Notes: generated by a model from the letters alone, not told the origin. A stretch of DNA of 64,000 bases from an uncultured Arcobacteraceae bacterium (GCA_964022095.1 CAXHZO010000001.1:1-64000); one strand, 5' to 3'. Numbered from the stretch's first letter, positions 43,627 to 53,534 are shown. Program-made: numbers and translations.

Positions 43627-43992
43627 ATGAAAAAACTACTATTCATTTTGCTATTTCTTACTTCATCAGTTTTTGCATTTGAAGATTTAACAGATGCAAC
43701 TTTTGATAAAAAAATAGCAAATAAAAAAGTAATAGTAGATTTCTATTCAGTATATTGAGGTTCTTGTAAGATTCTAGGTAAGAATTTAACAAACTTTAGC
43801 ACAAGTACCAAGCCAGCTGATGTAGAAATCTATAAGGTAGAGATATCTGATCAAAAAGCAATTGCAGCTAGATTTAATGCCTTTGCAGTGCCTATGTTAG
43901 TTTATTTTAAAAATGGCAAAGAAGTTGCTAGGGAAATTGGTGTTAGAAGTGTTAAACAACTAGAAGAAAATGTAAACAAATATTTAAAATAA
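43627..43992 (+). CDS. exported thioredoxin with in-frame TGA (probable selenocysteine, UGSC motif), 121 aa
   Basis: AAGGA SD; MKKLLFILLFLTSSVFAFEDLTDATFDKKIANKKVIVDFYSVY(TGA)GSCKILGKNL...YKVEISDQKAIAARFNAFAVPMLVYFKNGKEVAREIG...; TGA at 43756-43758 occupies the first Cys position of CxxC. Confidence 0.88.
43764..43792 (+). promoter_or_regulatory. putative bacterial SECIS hairpin
   Basis: TTGTAAGATTCT-AGGTA-AGAATTTAACAA; 12-position stem with one mismatch and one G-U pair; loop begins 17 nt after the TGA. Confidence 0.75.
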
Positions 43993-44011
43993 AAGAGTCA
44001 TCTCTTTTATT

Positions 44012-44206
44012 TTAAAACTCATTACCATCAATACTATCATATGAGTAACTACTAATTACTCCATCTTCAACACTATATGAAATCTCAATTGGCCTACAAC
44101 AAACTTCACAATCATCTACTAAAGTTGTGTGTTCATAAACTCCTGTATCAATTAAAACTGAAATTGCTTGCAGACAGTATGGACATGTGATATTTAACTC
44201 TTCCAT
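44012..44206 (-). CDS. CPXCG-like cysteine-rich small protein
   Basis: CPYC...DDCEVCCRPI. Confidence 0.82.
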   Translation of the reverse strand: MEELNITCPYCLQAISVLIDTGVYEHTTLVDDCEVCCRPIEISYSVEDGVISSYSYDSIDGNEF

Positions 44207-44307
44207 GATTTACCTTTTTTTACATTTAGCATTAATTCTACACTAATTTATACTCTTTTCATACAAAAAACATTAGAATAAACAAAAAAATTATAACTAG
44301 GAACGTT

Positions 44308-45309
44308 ATGCACTTAATACAGAAATTCCGTAAGATACTTAAAAGAAAAGGAATAGACCTACTAATAAATATTTTAAGTTTATTTATTGTCGTATCTTTT
44401 TTATTTGGTATATATATTTATGAATATGAAGATAAAAACTTTATAGATACTCTTTACTATTTATTTACAACTGCTACAACTGTTGGATATGGAGATATCA
44501 GTCCCCAAACAGACCTAGGAAAAATCCTTAGTATCTTTTATATGGTAGTTTCAATAGCTCTTTTAGGGGTAATAATAGGGATTTTCACAGAACAATTTAT
44601 TGCAAAACTAGAAAAAAGAAAAAAAGGAAATATAAGAATGAAGAAGAACATTGACCTTATGATTTTAGGATATCCAAGTGAAGATAAGATTAGAGAAATT
44701 GTTACTCAACTAAGAGGTCACTCTTCATGGGAATACAAAACTATAGTTTGTGTAACTGATAACTTACATGAAAGACCAATTTGGTTTGAAAGTTTAAATA
44801 TTGAGTTCAAAAAAGGAGTTGCAAGTTTAAAAGATGTATTAATTGATGCAGGTATTATGAATACAAAAACGGCTTTGATTCTAGCCCAAGATGCAAATAA
44901 TGTAAAATCAGATGATTATACAAGCTCAATTTCCTTAGTTATTGAAACAATAAATAAAGACGTAAGAACAATAGTTGAAAAAGTAAGAGAAGATGACACT
45001 TTATTTCAAGCTTGCAATGCAGATGTAATAACAAGGGTTTTAAGTCCCCACGTACTTGCTCAAGAAGTACTATATAAAGGTGCTATTCAACTACAAAATG
45101 AGATGTTTGATAATACTACTAAAACTTCACAAATCAATCAAGAAATCAAAGAAGATATAACTTGGGGTGAATTAGCCATAAAACTAATAAAAGAAAATAA
45201 AATCCCTGAGGGTTATTTACTAAAAGGGGAAGATCAATTTAATCTTAGTCCAAAATTTGAAGACACTATAAGTGCAGGCTCATTAATTAAGTTTAGAGGT
45301 CAACTTTAA
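44308..45309 (+). CDS. potassium channel with RCK/TrkA domain
   Basis: Selectivity filter TTATTVGYGD, 2 TM segments, C-terminal RCK-like domain. Confidence 0.9.
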   Translation: MHLIQKFRKILKRKGIDLLINILSLFIVVSFLFGIYIYEYEDKNFIDTLYYLFTTATTVGYGDISPQTDLGKILSIFYMVVSIALLGVIIGIFTEQFIAKLEKRKKGNIRMKKNIDLMILGYPSEDKIREIVTQLRGHSSWEYKTIVCVTDNLHERPIWFESLNIEFKKGVASLKDVLIDAGIMNTKTALILAQDANNVKSDDYTSSISLVIETINKDVRTIVEKVREDDTLFQACNADVITRVLSPHVLAQEVLYKGAIQLQNEMFDNTTKTSQINQEIKEDITWGELAIKLIKENKIPEGYLLKGEDQFNLSPKFEDTISAGSLIKFRGQL

Positions 45310-45402
45310 ACTTAATATATAACTTATTTTTATATTAATTATTACTGTATTTTTTATCAAAGAAAAAATTAGATATAATCCCATTAAAAATATAGGTAAA
45401 TC

Positions 45403-46554
45403 ATGAATAAACATATAGAAACTAACTTAAGCCATATTGCATCATTTGCACCCTTTGTTGATGTTGCAGGAGCTTCACACTTCCCAATATACAATACTGG
45501 AACATTTGATTTAAAAAAACAAAATGGCGATAAAATATATGATTATACAAGAAGTGATAACCCAACAAGAGAGATGTTAGAAAATCTTTTCACTGAAGTT
45601 GAAAAAGGTGCTGGTTGTGTATGTACTCATACGGGAATTGCATCTGTTGCACTTTTATTTGAAACCGTATTAAAAGCAAACTCGCACATCTTAGTGGAAG
45701 CTGATTGTTATGGTGGAACATTTAGATTATTAAAAGTGTTTAAAGAGAAATACAACATCACTGTTCACTTTGCAAACTTTTTAGAGTTTGATGAAATGGA
45801 AAAAATCTTAAGTGAAAATCCTATTGATTTAGTTTTATGTGAAAGCCCAACAAACCCAGGTCTTAAAATTATAGATCTAAAATCAGTTGCAAAACTATCA
45901 CATAAATACCATGCCCTATTTGCAGTTGATAATTCACTTGCAACTTTTATATCACAACGACCTTTAGAGCTTGGTGCTGACTTTAGTCTTTTTTCAACAA
46001 CAAAATATATCTCAGGTCATGGTGCAGTTGTTGCAGGAGCAATAGTAGCTAAAACACAAGAGCTTGCAGATGAAATTCATTACTATGCAAATGCACATGG
46101 TAGAAGCCAAAACCCAATGGATGTATATTTAATAACACTTGGAATTCCAACACTAAAAGTTAGAATGGTAGAGCATGAAAAAGTATCTATTAAAATTGCA
46201 GAATTTTTAGAAGAGCAAGAGTACATCACAAAAGTGACTCACCCAGCATTAAAATCACATCCACAGTATGATTTAGCAAAAGAGCAAATGGATTATATTC
46301 CTGGTGTTTTTTGTGCAGATTTTCAAAGCTTAGAACTTGCAGAAAAGTTTATTGAAAATACTAAAATATTTGGTGAAAAATGTTCATTTGGTAGCCCTGA
46401 TTCAAGAGTTGAAATTCCAGCTAAGATTTCCCATGCTTCTTTTTCTAAAGAAGAACTTGAAGCTATTGGAATAGCAGAAGGAACTGTAAGATTTTCTATT
46501 GGTTTAGAAAATTTTGAAGACCTAATTGAAGATATCAAACAAGCAGTAAAGTAG
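45403..46554 (+). CDS. Cys/Met metabolism PLP enzyme (MetB/MetC family)
   Basis: YDYTRSDNPTR, CYGGT, ESPTNP, STTKYISGH, VRFSIGLE. Confidence 0.9.
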   Translation: MNKHIETNLSHIASFAPFVDVAGASHFPIYNTGTFDLKKQNGDKIYDYTRSDNPTREMLENLFTEVEKGAGCVCTHTGIASVALLFETVLKANSHILVEADCYGGTFRLLKVFKEKYNITVHFANFLEFDEMEKILSENPIDLVLCESPTNPGLKIIDLKSVAKLSHKYHALFAVDNSLATFISQRPLELGADFSLFSTTKYISGHGAVVAGAIVAKTQELADEIHYYANAHGRSQNPMDVYLITLGIPTLKVRMVEHEKVSIKIAEFLEEQEYITKVTHPALKSHPQYDLAKEQMDYIPGVFCADFQSLELAEKFIENTKIFGEKCSFGSPDSRVEIPAKISHASFSKEELEAIGIAEGTVRFSIGLENFEDLIEDIKQAVK

Positions 46555-46563
46555 TAAATATAG

Positions 46564-48066
46564 ATGAGCAATAGTTTTTTTAATCATATTCCTTGTGGGC
46601 AAACTCTGCCACAAAACAACATACATGCAGTGTCTGTATCTATGCCAAAACTACAAGATGTAATTGATTATGAAGAGCAAACTCCTGAAATATTGGAGAA
46701 AATAAAAAGTGCATATCCAAGATTTGTGCTACATCCATATTTAAGAGTTCTTGCAAAATATATTGAAGAAAAATACAATATAAACCAAAACTATGAAATA
46801 GTACTTTTAAGTTCACAAAAAGCAGTTGAAATTGTAAGTAATAAATACTATATTCACAATAAAATGGAAATAGATGAACTATTTGGAGTAATTTTAGTTC
46901 AAAAAGATTCAAGACAACTGCAAAATGTTTTAAAATATATTCAACATGTTGGATATAACTTATCTTCAAGATTAGCACAAGATTATCTTTTTGATATAAA
47001 AAAGATTGATAAAAAACATAAAGAAGAGTATGAAAATAGTGAAACTTCATACAATACAGTTATAAAAACTTTAAGTGATGCATATACTCAAGCAAGTGAA
47101 AACATCTGCCTAACTCCATCAGGAATGAATGCTATTTATTGTACTTTAAGAGGTATTAAAAATATTCAAGCAAGAAATGGAAGATCTGTTTTAGTGCAAC
47201 TTGGATGGTTATATTTAGATACTATGAATATAGTTGAACATTATTTTGAAGAGAATGAAAAGTTTTATGATGTATCAAATTTAGATGCCCTAGAGCACTA
47301 TTTAAAAAAAGATGGATTAAGAGTTTCAGCAATTATCACTGAAGTTCCTACAAACCCACTTTTAAAGTGCCCTAATCTACCAAAATTAAGAGCGCTTTGT
47401 GATAAGTATAATATTCCATTGGTGATTGATTCTACTTTTGCAACACCATATTTGCTAGATTTAAAACCTTATGCCGATATCTATATTGAATCTCTTACAA
47501 AATTTGCATGTGGAAATGCTGATGTTTTAATGGGTGCAATTATCTTAAATGGTGATTCTAAAATATCTCATATAAGCCAAGAATTTTTTAAATATGCGGA
47601 TATGCCTTATATCAAAGACATACAAAGAATGGCTTATGAGATAAAAAACTATAAAACTAGAATGAAAAAAGTTAGTTCAAATACTAAAAAGTTAGTTGAA
47701 TACTTCAAGTCAAGTCCAATAATTGATAAGATTTTTTATTGTTTAAGTGAAGAGAATAAGATAAACTATAAAAGTCTAATGATTGATGAAGACTCATGGG
47801 TTGGAATAGTATCTGTTACATTTAAAAAAGAGTTTGAAAAGATTTATGATAATCTAAATATGGCTAAAGGTCCTAGCTTAGGAACAGAGTTTACACTACT
47901 TATGCCTTATACTTATTTAGCTCATTATGATTATTTACAAACAGGTCAAGGACTAAAGTTCTTAGACAAAATTGGTCTACCAAAAGATTTACTTAGAATC
48001 TCTGTTGGTATTGAACCAATTGAAGAATTAATAGCTGAATTTAAAAGAGTTGAGAAACTTATCTAA
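46564..48066 (+). CDS. long-form cystathionine gamma-synthase-like PLP enzyme
   Basis: HAVSVSMP, YPRFVLHP, EVPTNPLL, ESLTKFACG, KGPSLGTEFTL, LRISVGIE. Confidence 0.8.
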   Translation: MSNSFFNHIPCGQTLPQNNIHAVSVSMPKLQDVIDYEEQTPEILEKIKSAYPRFVLHPYLRVLAKYIEEKYNINQNYEIVLLSSQKAVEIVSNKYYIHNKMEIDELFGVILVQKDSRQLQNVLKYIQHVGYNLSSRLAQDYLFDIKKIDKKHKEEYENSETSYNTVIKTLSDAYTQASENICLTPSGMNAIYCTLRGIKNIQARNGRSVLVQLGWLYLDTMNIVEHYFEENEKFYDVSNLDALEHYLKKDGLRVSAIITEVPTNPLLKCPNLPKLRALCDKYNIPLVIDSTFATPYLLDLKPYADIYIESLTKFACGNADVLMGAIILNGDSKISHISQEFFKYADMPYIKDIQRMAYEIKNYKTRMKKVSSNTKKLVEYFKSSPIIDKIFYCLSEENKINYKSLMIDEDSWVGIVSVTFKKEFEKIYDNLNMAKGPSLGTEFTLLMPYTYLAHYDYLQTGQGLKFLDKIGLPKDLLRISVGIEPIEELIAEFKRVEKLI

Positions 48067-48404
48067 AGTTTCAACACTCCTTTAACTCTATTTACACTAT
48101 CAAGCTTACTAAGACTAAGTCTAATTATACAATCACTTGTAGCTTTTAAATCGTGGGGAATATTTCCTTCTAAAGTTAAGATATCACCTTTTACTAAATT
48201 ATGCGTTTTACCTTGAACTCCAAAATCAACACTACCATCAAAAACCTCAACAACTATTGGATATGGTGTTTTATGCTCACGCATAACTTGATTATCTTTT
48301 AAAAGTATTCTTATCTCTTTAGAAAAAGAGCTTTCAAAAAGTACTTTGATGTTTGGTTTAGATTCATTAAAAGTTAGGTCATTTAAAATATTTGTTGAAA
48401 TCAT
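48063..48404 (-). CDS. cupin-domain protein
   Basis: KEIRILL...MREHKTPYPI...IPHDLKA. Confidence 0.85.
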   Translation of the reverse strand: MISTNILNDLTFNESKPNIKVLFESSFSKEIRILLKDNQVMREHKTPYPIVVEVFDGSVDFGVQGKTHNLVKGDILTLEGNIPHDLKATSDCIIRLSLSKLDSVNRVKGVLKL

Positions 48405-48458
48405 AGAATAATCCTTTTTTATTTAAAAGAATTATATCTATTTAAAAAGTAGTAAATA

Positions 48459-48472
48459 TTGATATTAATCAA
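48459..48472. promoter_or_regulatory. Fnr/Nss-type box upstream of the cupin gene
   Basis: TTGATATTAATCAA, 22 nt from TATAAT (minus strand, 48431-48436). Confidence 0.7.
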
Positions 48473-49951
48473 TTAAAAACTTACACTAATAAGTAATAAA
48501 ACTCCAAGGGCAAACATAAATACTGGTGCAAAGATTTCTAAGAAATTAGTAACCTTATGTGATTTTGAAGATACTTTGTTAAGAGAAAGTCCTAAAAATG
48601 ATGAAGCAAAAATCACAATACCCATTCCTAAACTAATAGCAATACTAGCTAGTAGTACAGAAAAATATGTTTGTAAAATAAATGCATAAACAAAAAGTAA
48701 AACAGTTCCTGGACAAGGAATTAACCCAGCAGTTAATACGAAAAACAAGTCTTGTTTTTTTCTTTGTTTTGTATCTATAAATGGCTTATTTACTGATGGT
48801 TTTACAAAATTAATATTATTTGGTTTTACGGCAAAACTTGTTGTATTTATATCCATAACACAACTACAACATTCGCAGGATTTTTTCTTTAGCTTTCTGT
48901 ATAAAATGTAAACTGATAATATCATAATCAATACTGCACAAAGAGCAGTTAAGTATGAAATAGAGTCTTCAATAAAACTATTTAAAACACTTTGTAAAAT
49001 AAATACAGAAACAACAACTAAAACAAATGCACCAATAATATGAACAAATGCTGTTGCTAAAGAGATACTAAAGGCTTGTAAAAAACTACTTTTTTGTGAT
49101 GAAAAATATGAAAAGGCTAAAGCTTTTCCATGACCAGGGCCTAAAGCATGAATAACTCCATATACAAATGATGCAAAAAGTAAAAATAAAAGCGCTAATT
49201 TATCTTCACCTTTTTCAATTTCAACTAAATACTTTTTAATATCTTTTGTATATTTTTCTAAAAATGTTAGCTCTTTTTTCTCTTCTTCTATTGTCAAATC
49301 TTCGATTAACTCTTCTTGTTTTAACTGCTCAGTTTGAGGTTCTTTAACAACATTTGATTCTATTTTTTCTTCAACAGTAGTTGTTTCATCTTTTAATATT
49401 GGAGCATCAATAGTATAAGTTATGCTATTTGGTTTATACTGTTTTTTCACCTTGTAAGGAATGGAGAAAAACTGCTTTTTATTATCAAATAAAATTAAAA
49501 AATATGCTCCATCATCATGGATTTTTATTTGTAATTTATTTTTATCAATAATTTTATAGTTTAAATCTAATTCATATTCAAAGTATAAAGATTTATTTTT
49601 GTAATGTATCTTGTAGTTTTTTACATCAAATTTATCTGTTTGATCTTTTATATTTTGTCCATAAGAGATATTTGTTAGAAAGTTTTTAGTTTCAATATAT
49701 GACACTAAAGAATCTTCAATCATTGTTAATTCTTTACCATCTAGTTTAGAGTCTAGATTCATATCATATAAACTTAAGAGTTCATCAACAAAAGCAGAAG
49801 CAAAAGTCCACCTTACTTCTGCTGTTTTAATAAACTCTTTATCTGCTTTTATATGTATTGCGACATCTGTTCGTGGTGAATATACTGCACAAAGTGAACA
49901 TGCATATATACTGTTTATAAAAAATAAGAAGGTTAATACAATTTTAATCAT
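48473..49951 (-). CDS. DUF1007-like periplasmic domain fused to an RcnA/NiCoT-like metal transporter
   Basis: N-terminal signal + ACSLC and DMNLDSKLDGKE; C-terminal YGVIHALGPGHGK and GLIPCPG. Confidence 0.8.
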   Translation of the reverse strand: MIKIVLTFLFFINSIYACSLCAVYSPRTDVAIHIKADKEFIKTAEVRWTFASAFVDELLSLYDMNLDSKLDGKELTMIEDSLVSYIETKNFLTNISYGQNIKDQTDKFDVKNYKIHYKNKSLYFEYELDLNYKIIDKNKLQIKIHDDGAYFLILFDNKKQFFSIPYKVKKQYKPNSITYTIDAPILKDETTTVEEKIESNVVKEPQTEQLKQEELIEDLTIEEEKKELTFLEKYTKDIKKYLVEIEKGEDKLALLFLLFASFVYGVIHALGPGHGKALAFSYFSSQKSSFLQAFSISLATAFVHIIGAFVLVVVSVFILQSVLNSFIEDSISYLTALCAVLIMILSVYILYRKLKKKSCECCSCVMDINTTSFAVKPNNINFVKPSVNKPFIDTKQRKKQDLFFVLTAGLIPCPGTVLLFVYAFILQTYFSVLLASIAISLGMGIVIFASSFLGLSLNKVSSKSHKVTNFLEIFAPVFMFALGVLLLISVSF

Positions 49952-50853
49952 TTATAGCTTTTTACAATTTCCTTCGCTGTTTTTACTAATTCTTTACTCC
50001 ATTGTAAACTTAGTGGATCAATTGTAACAACATTTGCATTTAAACTTTTTGAAATTGTTTTTGCACTATTTTGTGAAAATTGAGGTGCAACAAAAACAAT
50101 TTTTATATTATGTTTTTTTGCATCTTCTATCATCTCAACCATCTCATTTGGTTTTGGTTCTTTTCCTTCAACTTCAATTGCTATTTGTTCCAAATCATAT
50201 CTTTTAGCAAAATATCCCCATGATGGATGAAATACCATAAACTCTTTATGAGTAGTCTCTTCTAAAATATTTTTTATATCATTATGTAAGATATTTAACT
50301 CTTTCATAAAGTTTTCATAATTTTTTTCATAAAAATCTTTATTTGAAGAATCAATCTTTACAACTGCATCTAAAATATTTTTAGCTTGCATTTTAACTAA
50401 AACTGGATCTAACCATACATGTGGATCTAAACCAGCATGTTCGTGGTGATCTTCATCATGATCTTCATGTTTTTCATGTTTGTGCTCGTCATGTTCATCA
50501 TGATCTTTTTCTCCATGTGAATGCTTTTCCATTGCAATTTTTTCTATACCATGGGAAGTGTCAACAAAAAGTGTATTTTTTGCATTTTGTTTAAATCTCT
50601 CTAACCATACATTTTCAAATGGAACCCCAATTGAAAAATATACATCTGATTTAACTAAATCTCTCATTTGAGATGACTTTGGTTCATACGTTGCAGGAGA
50701 TGCTCCTGGTTTTACCATTACATTAATATTAAAATTATCACCTACAATTTTTTGTACAAAATATTTTTGAGGTAAGATACTTACTGTAATCTCTTTTGCA
50801 TTTGCAAAAATTGAAACTAATAAAAACATTAAAACTATTGAAATTTTTTTCAC
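49948..50853 (-). CDS. znuA: ZnuA-like metal-binding protein
   Basis: His/acid-rich loop, DPHVWLDP, VFHPSWGYFA. Confidence 0.85.
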   Translation of the reverse strand: MKKISIVLMFLLVSIFANAKEITVSILPQKYFVQKIVGDNFNINVMVKPGASPATYEPKSSQMRDLVKSDVYFSIGVPFENVWLERFKQNAKNTLFVDTSHGIEKIAMEKHSHGEKDHDEHDEHKHEKHEDHDEDHHEHAGLDPHVWLDPVLVKMQAKNILDAVVKIDSSNKDFYEKNYENFMKELNILHNDIKNILEETTHKEFMVFHPSWGYFAKRYDLEQIAIEVEGKEPKPNEMVEMIEDAKKHNIKIVFVAPQFSQNSAKTISKSLNANVVTIDPLSLQWSKELVKTAKEIVKSYK

Positions 50854-50887
50854 TTTATTATTCCTTCTTTAAAACTTTTTAATTTCT

Positions 50888-50947
50888 TGCAACTTAGTTG
50901 CGATTTTGAATTCTATTTAATTTATTCTTTAATGCAACTTAGTTGTA
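50888..50947. promoter_or_regulatory. two putative Zur boxes
   Basis: TGCAACTTAGTTGCG (50888-50902) and TGCAACTTAGTTGTA (50933-50947). Confidence 0.7.
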
Positions 50948-50983
50948 AAACTAATTTTAAATCTAAATTGATATAATATTAAC

Positions 50984-51358
50984 ATGAACAATATAGATAA
51001 AATAACAAACAATACTAATATAAAATTAACAAGTGCAAGAAAAGCTATTTTGGAAGTTTTGATTGAATCAAATAAACCTTTATGTTATGAAGATATAAAA
51101 AGTAATTTATCTATGGATAAAGCAACTTTTTATAGAAACATTACAAAATTTGAAGAAGAAAATATTATAAGTTCATTTGAATCAAATGACAAAAAAAGAT
51201 ACTTTGAAATACAAAAGACACCTCATTCACACTTTATATGCTCTAATTGTTCAAAAATAGAGTGTATTCATGAAAGTTTAGAGTTTAAGTTAGAAAAACA
51301 CCAAATAGATACTATTATAATCAAAGGCTTATGCCCTAATTGTATTAGCAATAATTAA
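50984..51358 (+). CDS. Fur-family regulator, probably Zur
   Basis: LTSARKAIL, ATFYRNI, HSHFICSNC, GLCPNC; divergent from znuA. Confidence 0.85.
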   Translation: MNNIDKITNNTNIKLTSARKAILEVLIESNKPLCYEDIKSNLSMDKATFYRNITKFEEENIISSFESNDKKRYFEIQKTPHSHFICSNCSKIECIHESLEFKLEKHQIDTIIIKGLCPNCISNN

Positions 51359-51371
51359 AAGGAATTATAAA

Positions 51372-52697
51372 ATGATCAAAAAAAAGAATGTTGAACATGT
51401 GGTTGAAAATGTAGTTGAAAAATTCAATTCTATGCAATATTTTATAAATAAAGAAGCTCTAAGTGGTATTTTACTTTTCATTGCTACAGTTGCAGCGGTT
51501 ATCGTTGCTAACTCATCATGGGGACAAGAGTATTATGATTTATGGCATATGCCACTTGGTATAACTCTTGGAGATAAAACTATCTCTATGACTTTAACTT
51601 ATTGGATTGATGATGGGTTAATGGCACTATTTTTCCTAATGGTTGGTTTAGAAATAAAAAGAGAAATGGTTATAGGAGAGTTATCTTCTGTTAGCAAAGC
51701 AGCCTTCCCAATAGTTGCTGCTATTGGAGGTATGTTAGTTCCTGCACTTATATATGTAGCATTGAATCCAGATAATCCACTTGGATTTGGTATTCCAATG
51801 GCTACAGATATTGCCTTTGCATTAGGTATTTTAATGCTTCTTGGAACAAAAGTAAATCCTGCATTAAAACTATTTTTAGTTGCCCTTGCTGTTGTTGATG
51901 ACTTAGGTGCTGTTTTAGTAGTAGCAACTGTTTATACATCTGACATCAAAGCAGAATACTTTATACATGCAGCTGTTATCTATGGTTTAATTTGGTTCTT
52001 AAACTTTAGAGGAGTTACAAAACTTTTACCTTATTTATTACTTGGTATTTTATTATGGATTTATATCCATGAAATTGGAATTCATGCAACAATTGCTGGT
52101 GTATTATTAGCATTTGCTATTCCTATTGGTTCAAATATTGATGAAAGAAATTTTATTGAAAATACAAGAAGAGATATTGATGATTTTGAAAATCATATAG
52201 ATGATATACCAGTTTTAAATCATCATCAAATAGATAACCTTGAAAATATAGCCCATGGATATGATAAGGTTCAAAATCCACTTGTAAGACTGGAGCATGA
52301 TTTACATGGTTTATCTGCATTTTTCATTATGCCTTTATTTGCATTTTCAAATGCAGGAGTTTTAATTGACTTCTCAACTATTGATGCAAACTTAATGATT
52401 GTACTTGGGGTAGTATTTGGATTACTAGTTGGTAAGCCAATTGGAGTATTTGGGTTAACTTATCTAGCAACTAAACTAAAAATAGTTAAAAAACCAGATA
52501 ATATCTCATGGTATGAAATTTTTGCAGTTGGTTTCTTAGCGGGTATTGGATTTACGATGTCTATTTTTATCACTCACTTAGCATTCTTAGATGAAAATAT
52601 TATTAGTGCAGTAAAACTTGGAGTATTTGCAGCTTCATTTTTAGCAGCAATTATTGGTGTAGCCTTAATTTTAGCAAAACCTAAAAAAGCTGCTTAA
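51372..52697 (+). CDS. nhaA: Na+/H+ antiporter NhaA (copy 2)
   Basis: WIDDGLMALFF, GLEIKRE, PMATDIAFA, AVVDDLGA, GIGFTMSIF. Confidence 0.93.
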   Translation: MIKKKNVEHVVENVVEKFNSMQYFINKEALSGILLFIATVAAVIVANSSWGQEYYDLWHMPLGITLGDKTISMTLTYWIDDGLMALFFLMVGLEIKREMVIGELSSVSKAAFPIVAAIGGMLVPALIYVALNPDNPLGFGIPMATDIAFALGILMLLGTKVNPALKLFLVALAVVDDLGAVLVVATVYTSDIKAEYFIHAAVIYGLIWFLNFRGVTKLLPYLLLGILLWIYIHEIGIHATIAGVLLAFAIPIGSNIDERNFIENTRRDIDDFENHIDDIPVLNHHQIDNLENIAHGYDKVQNPLVRLEHDLHGLSAFFIMPLFAFSNAGVLIDFSTIDANLMIVLGVVFGLLVGKPIGVFGLTYLATKLKIVKKPDNISWYEIFAVGFLAGIGFTMSIFITHLAFLDENIISAVKLGVFAASFLAAIIGVALILAKPKKAA

Positions 52698-52708
52698 TCC
52701 TGTTTTAA

Positions 52709-52726
52709 ATAGCAATTTTATTCTAT
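52709..52726 (+). promoter_or_regulatory. 18-bp sequence repeated before araC and before the DMT gene
   Basis: ATAGCAATTTTATTCTAT, exact copy at 53531-53548. Confidence 0.6.
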
Positions 52727-52757
52727 TTTATTTTTTACCTTTTAGTTATAATAAAAT

Positions 52758-53534
52758 ATGAATAAAATTATGCTAGATAAAATCTCTTTTGAGAATATAA
52801 AAACTTTAGACGAAAGTTTTTCAAAACATTTCCATGATACTTATACTTTAGGTATAACTTATGATGGTGTTTTTAAATCACATAATCTAACTAAAGACTT
52901 CTATTTTTATAAAAAATCTATTAGAATTAATAATCCAGGAGACATACATAGCGGTCAATCAAATTCATGGACCCATGCAAATTTTTATCCAACAGTTGAA
53001 TTACTAAGTTCAATTTATTATCAAATATATGAAGAGTACAAAACACCATATTTTATAAATCATATAATTGAGGATCCAATTTTGTTTTCAAAGCTTCATG
53101 ATTTTTTCTTTGCTTATTTTAATAACTTAGATACTTTAGAAATAGAAACAAAACTACATAATGCCTTATCATACTTAGTTATAAACTATACTTCATATAA
53201 TAAAAAAATCAATAATATATTTGATGATAAAAAGATTGTTAAATTGACATATGAATATATTAAAGACTCTTTAGATACAAAATTCACATTAGATGAACTT
53301 GCTTTAAATTCAAATCTTAGTAAATATCATTTTTTAAGAGTTTTTAAAAAAGAGTTTGGACTTACTCCTCATAATTTTATAATTAACCAAAGAATAAATA
53401 AAGCTTTTGAGCTAATAAAAAGTGGAACTAAAATTTCAGAAGCATGTTTAGATGTAGGATTTAATGATCAATCACACTTTACAAGAAACTTCAAAAAATT
53501 ATATGGATATACACCCTCAAAATTAATTGTATAG
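52758..53534 (+). CDS. AraC-family regulator
   Basis: KHFHDTY cupin motif; SKYHFLRVFKKEFGLTP, GFNDQSHFTRNFKK. Confidence 0.93.
   Translation: MNKIMLDKISFENIKTLDESFSKHFHDTYTLGITYDGVFKSHNLTKDFYFYKKSIRINNPGDIHSGQSNSWTHANFYPTVELLSSIYYQIYEEYKTPYFINHIIEDPILFSKLHDFFFAYFNNLDTLEIETKLHNALSYLVINYTSYNKKINNIFDDKKIVKLTYEYIKDSLDTKFTLDELALNSNLSKYHFLRVFKKEFGLTPHNFIINQRINKAFELIKSGTKISEACLDVGFNDQSHFTRNFKKLYGYTPSKLIV

Noticed and set aside
50445-50525. Repetitive CAT/GAT-rich stretch as a DNA repeat
   Set aside because: It encodes the His/Asp/Glu loop of ZnuA
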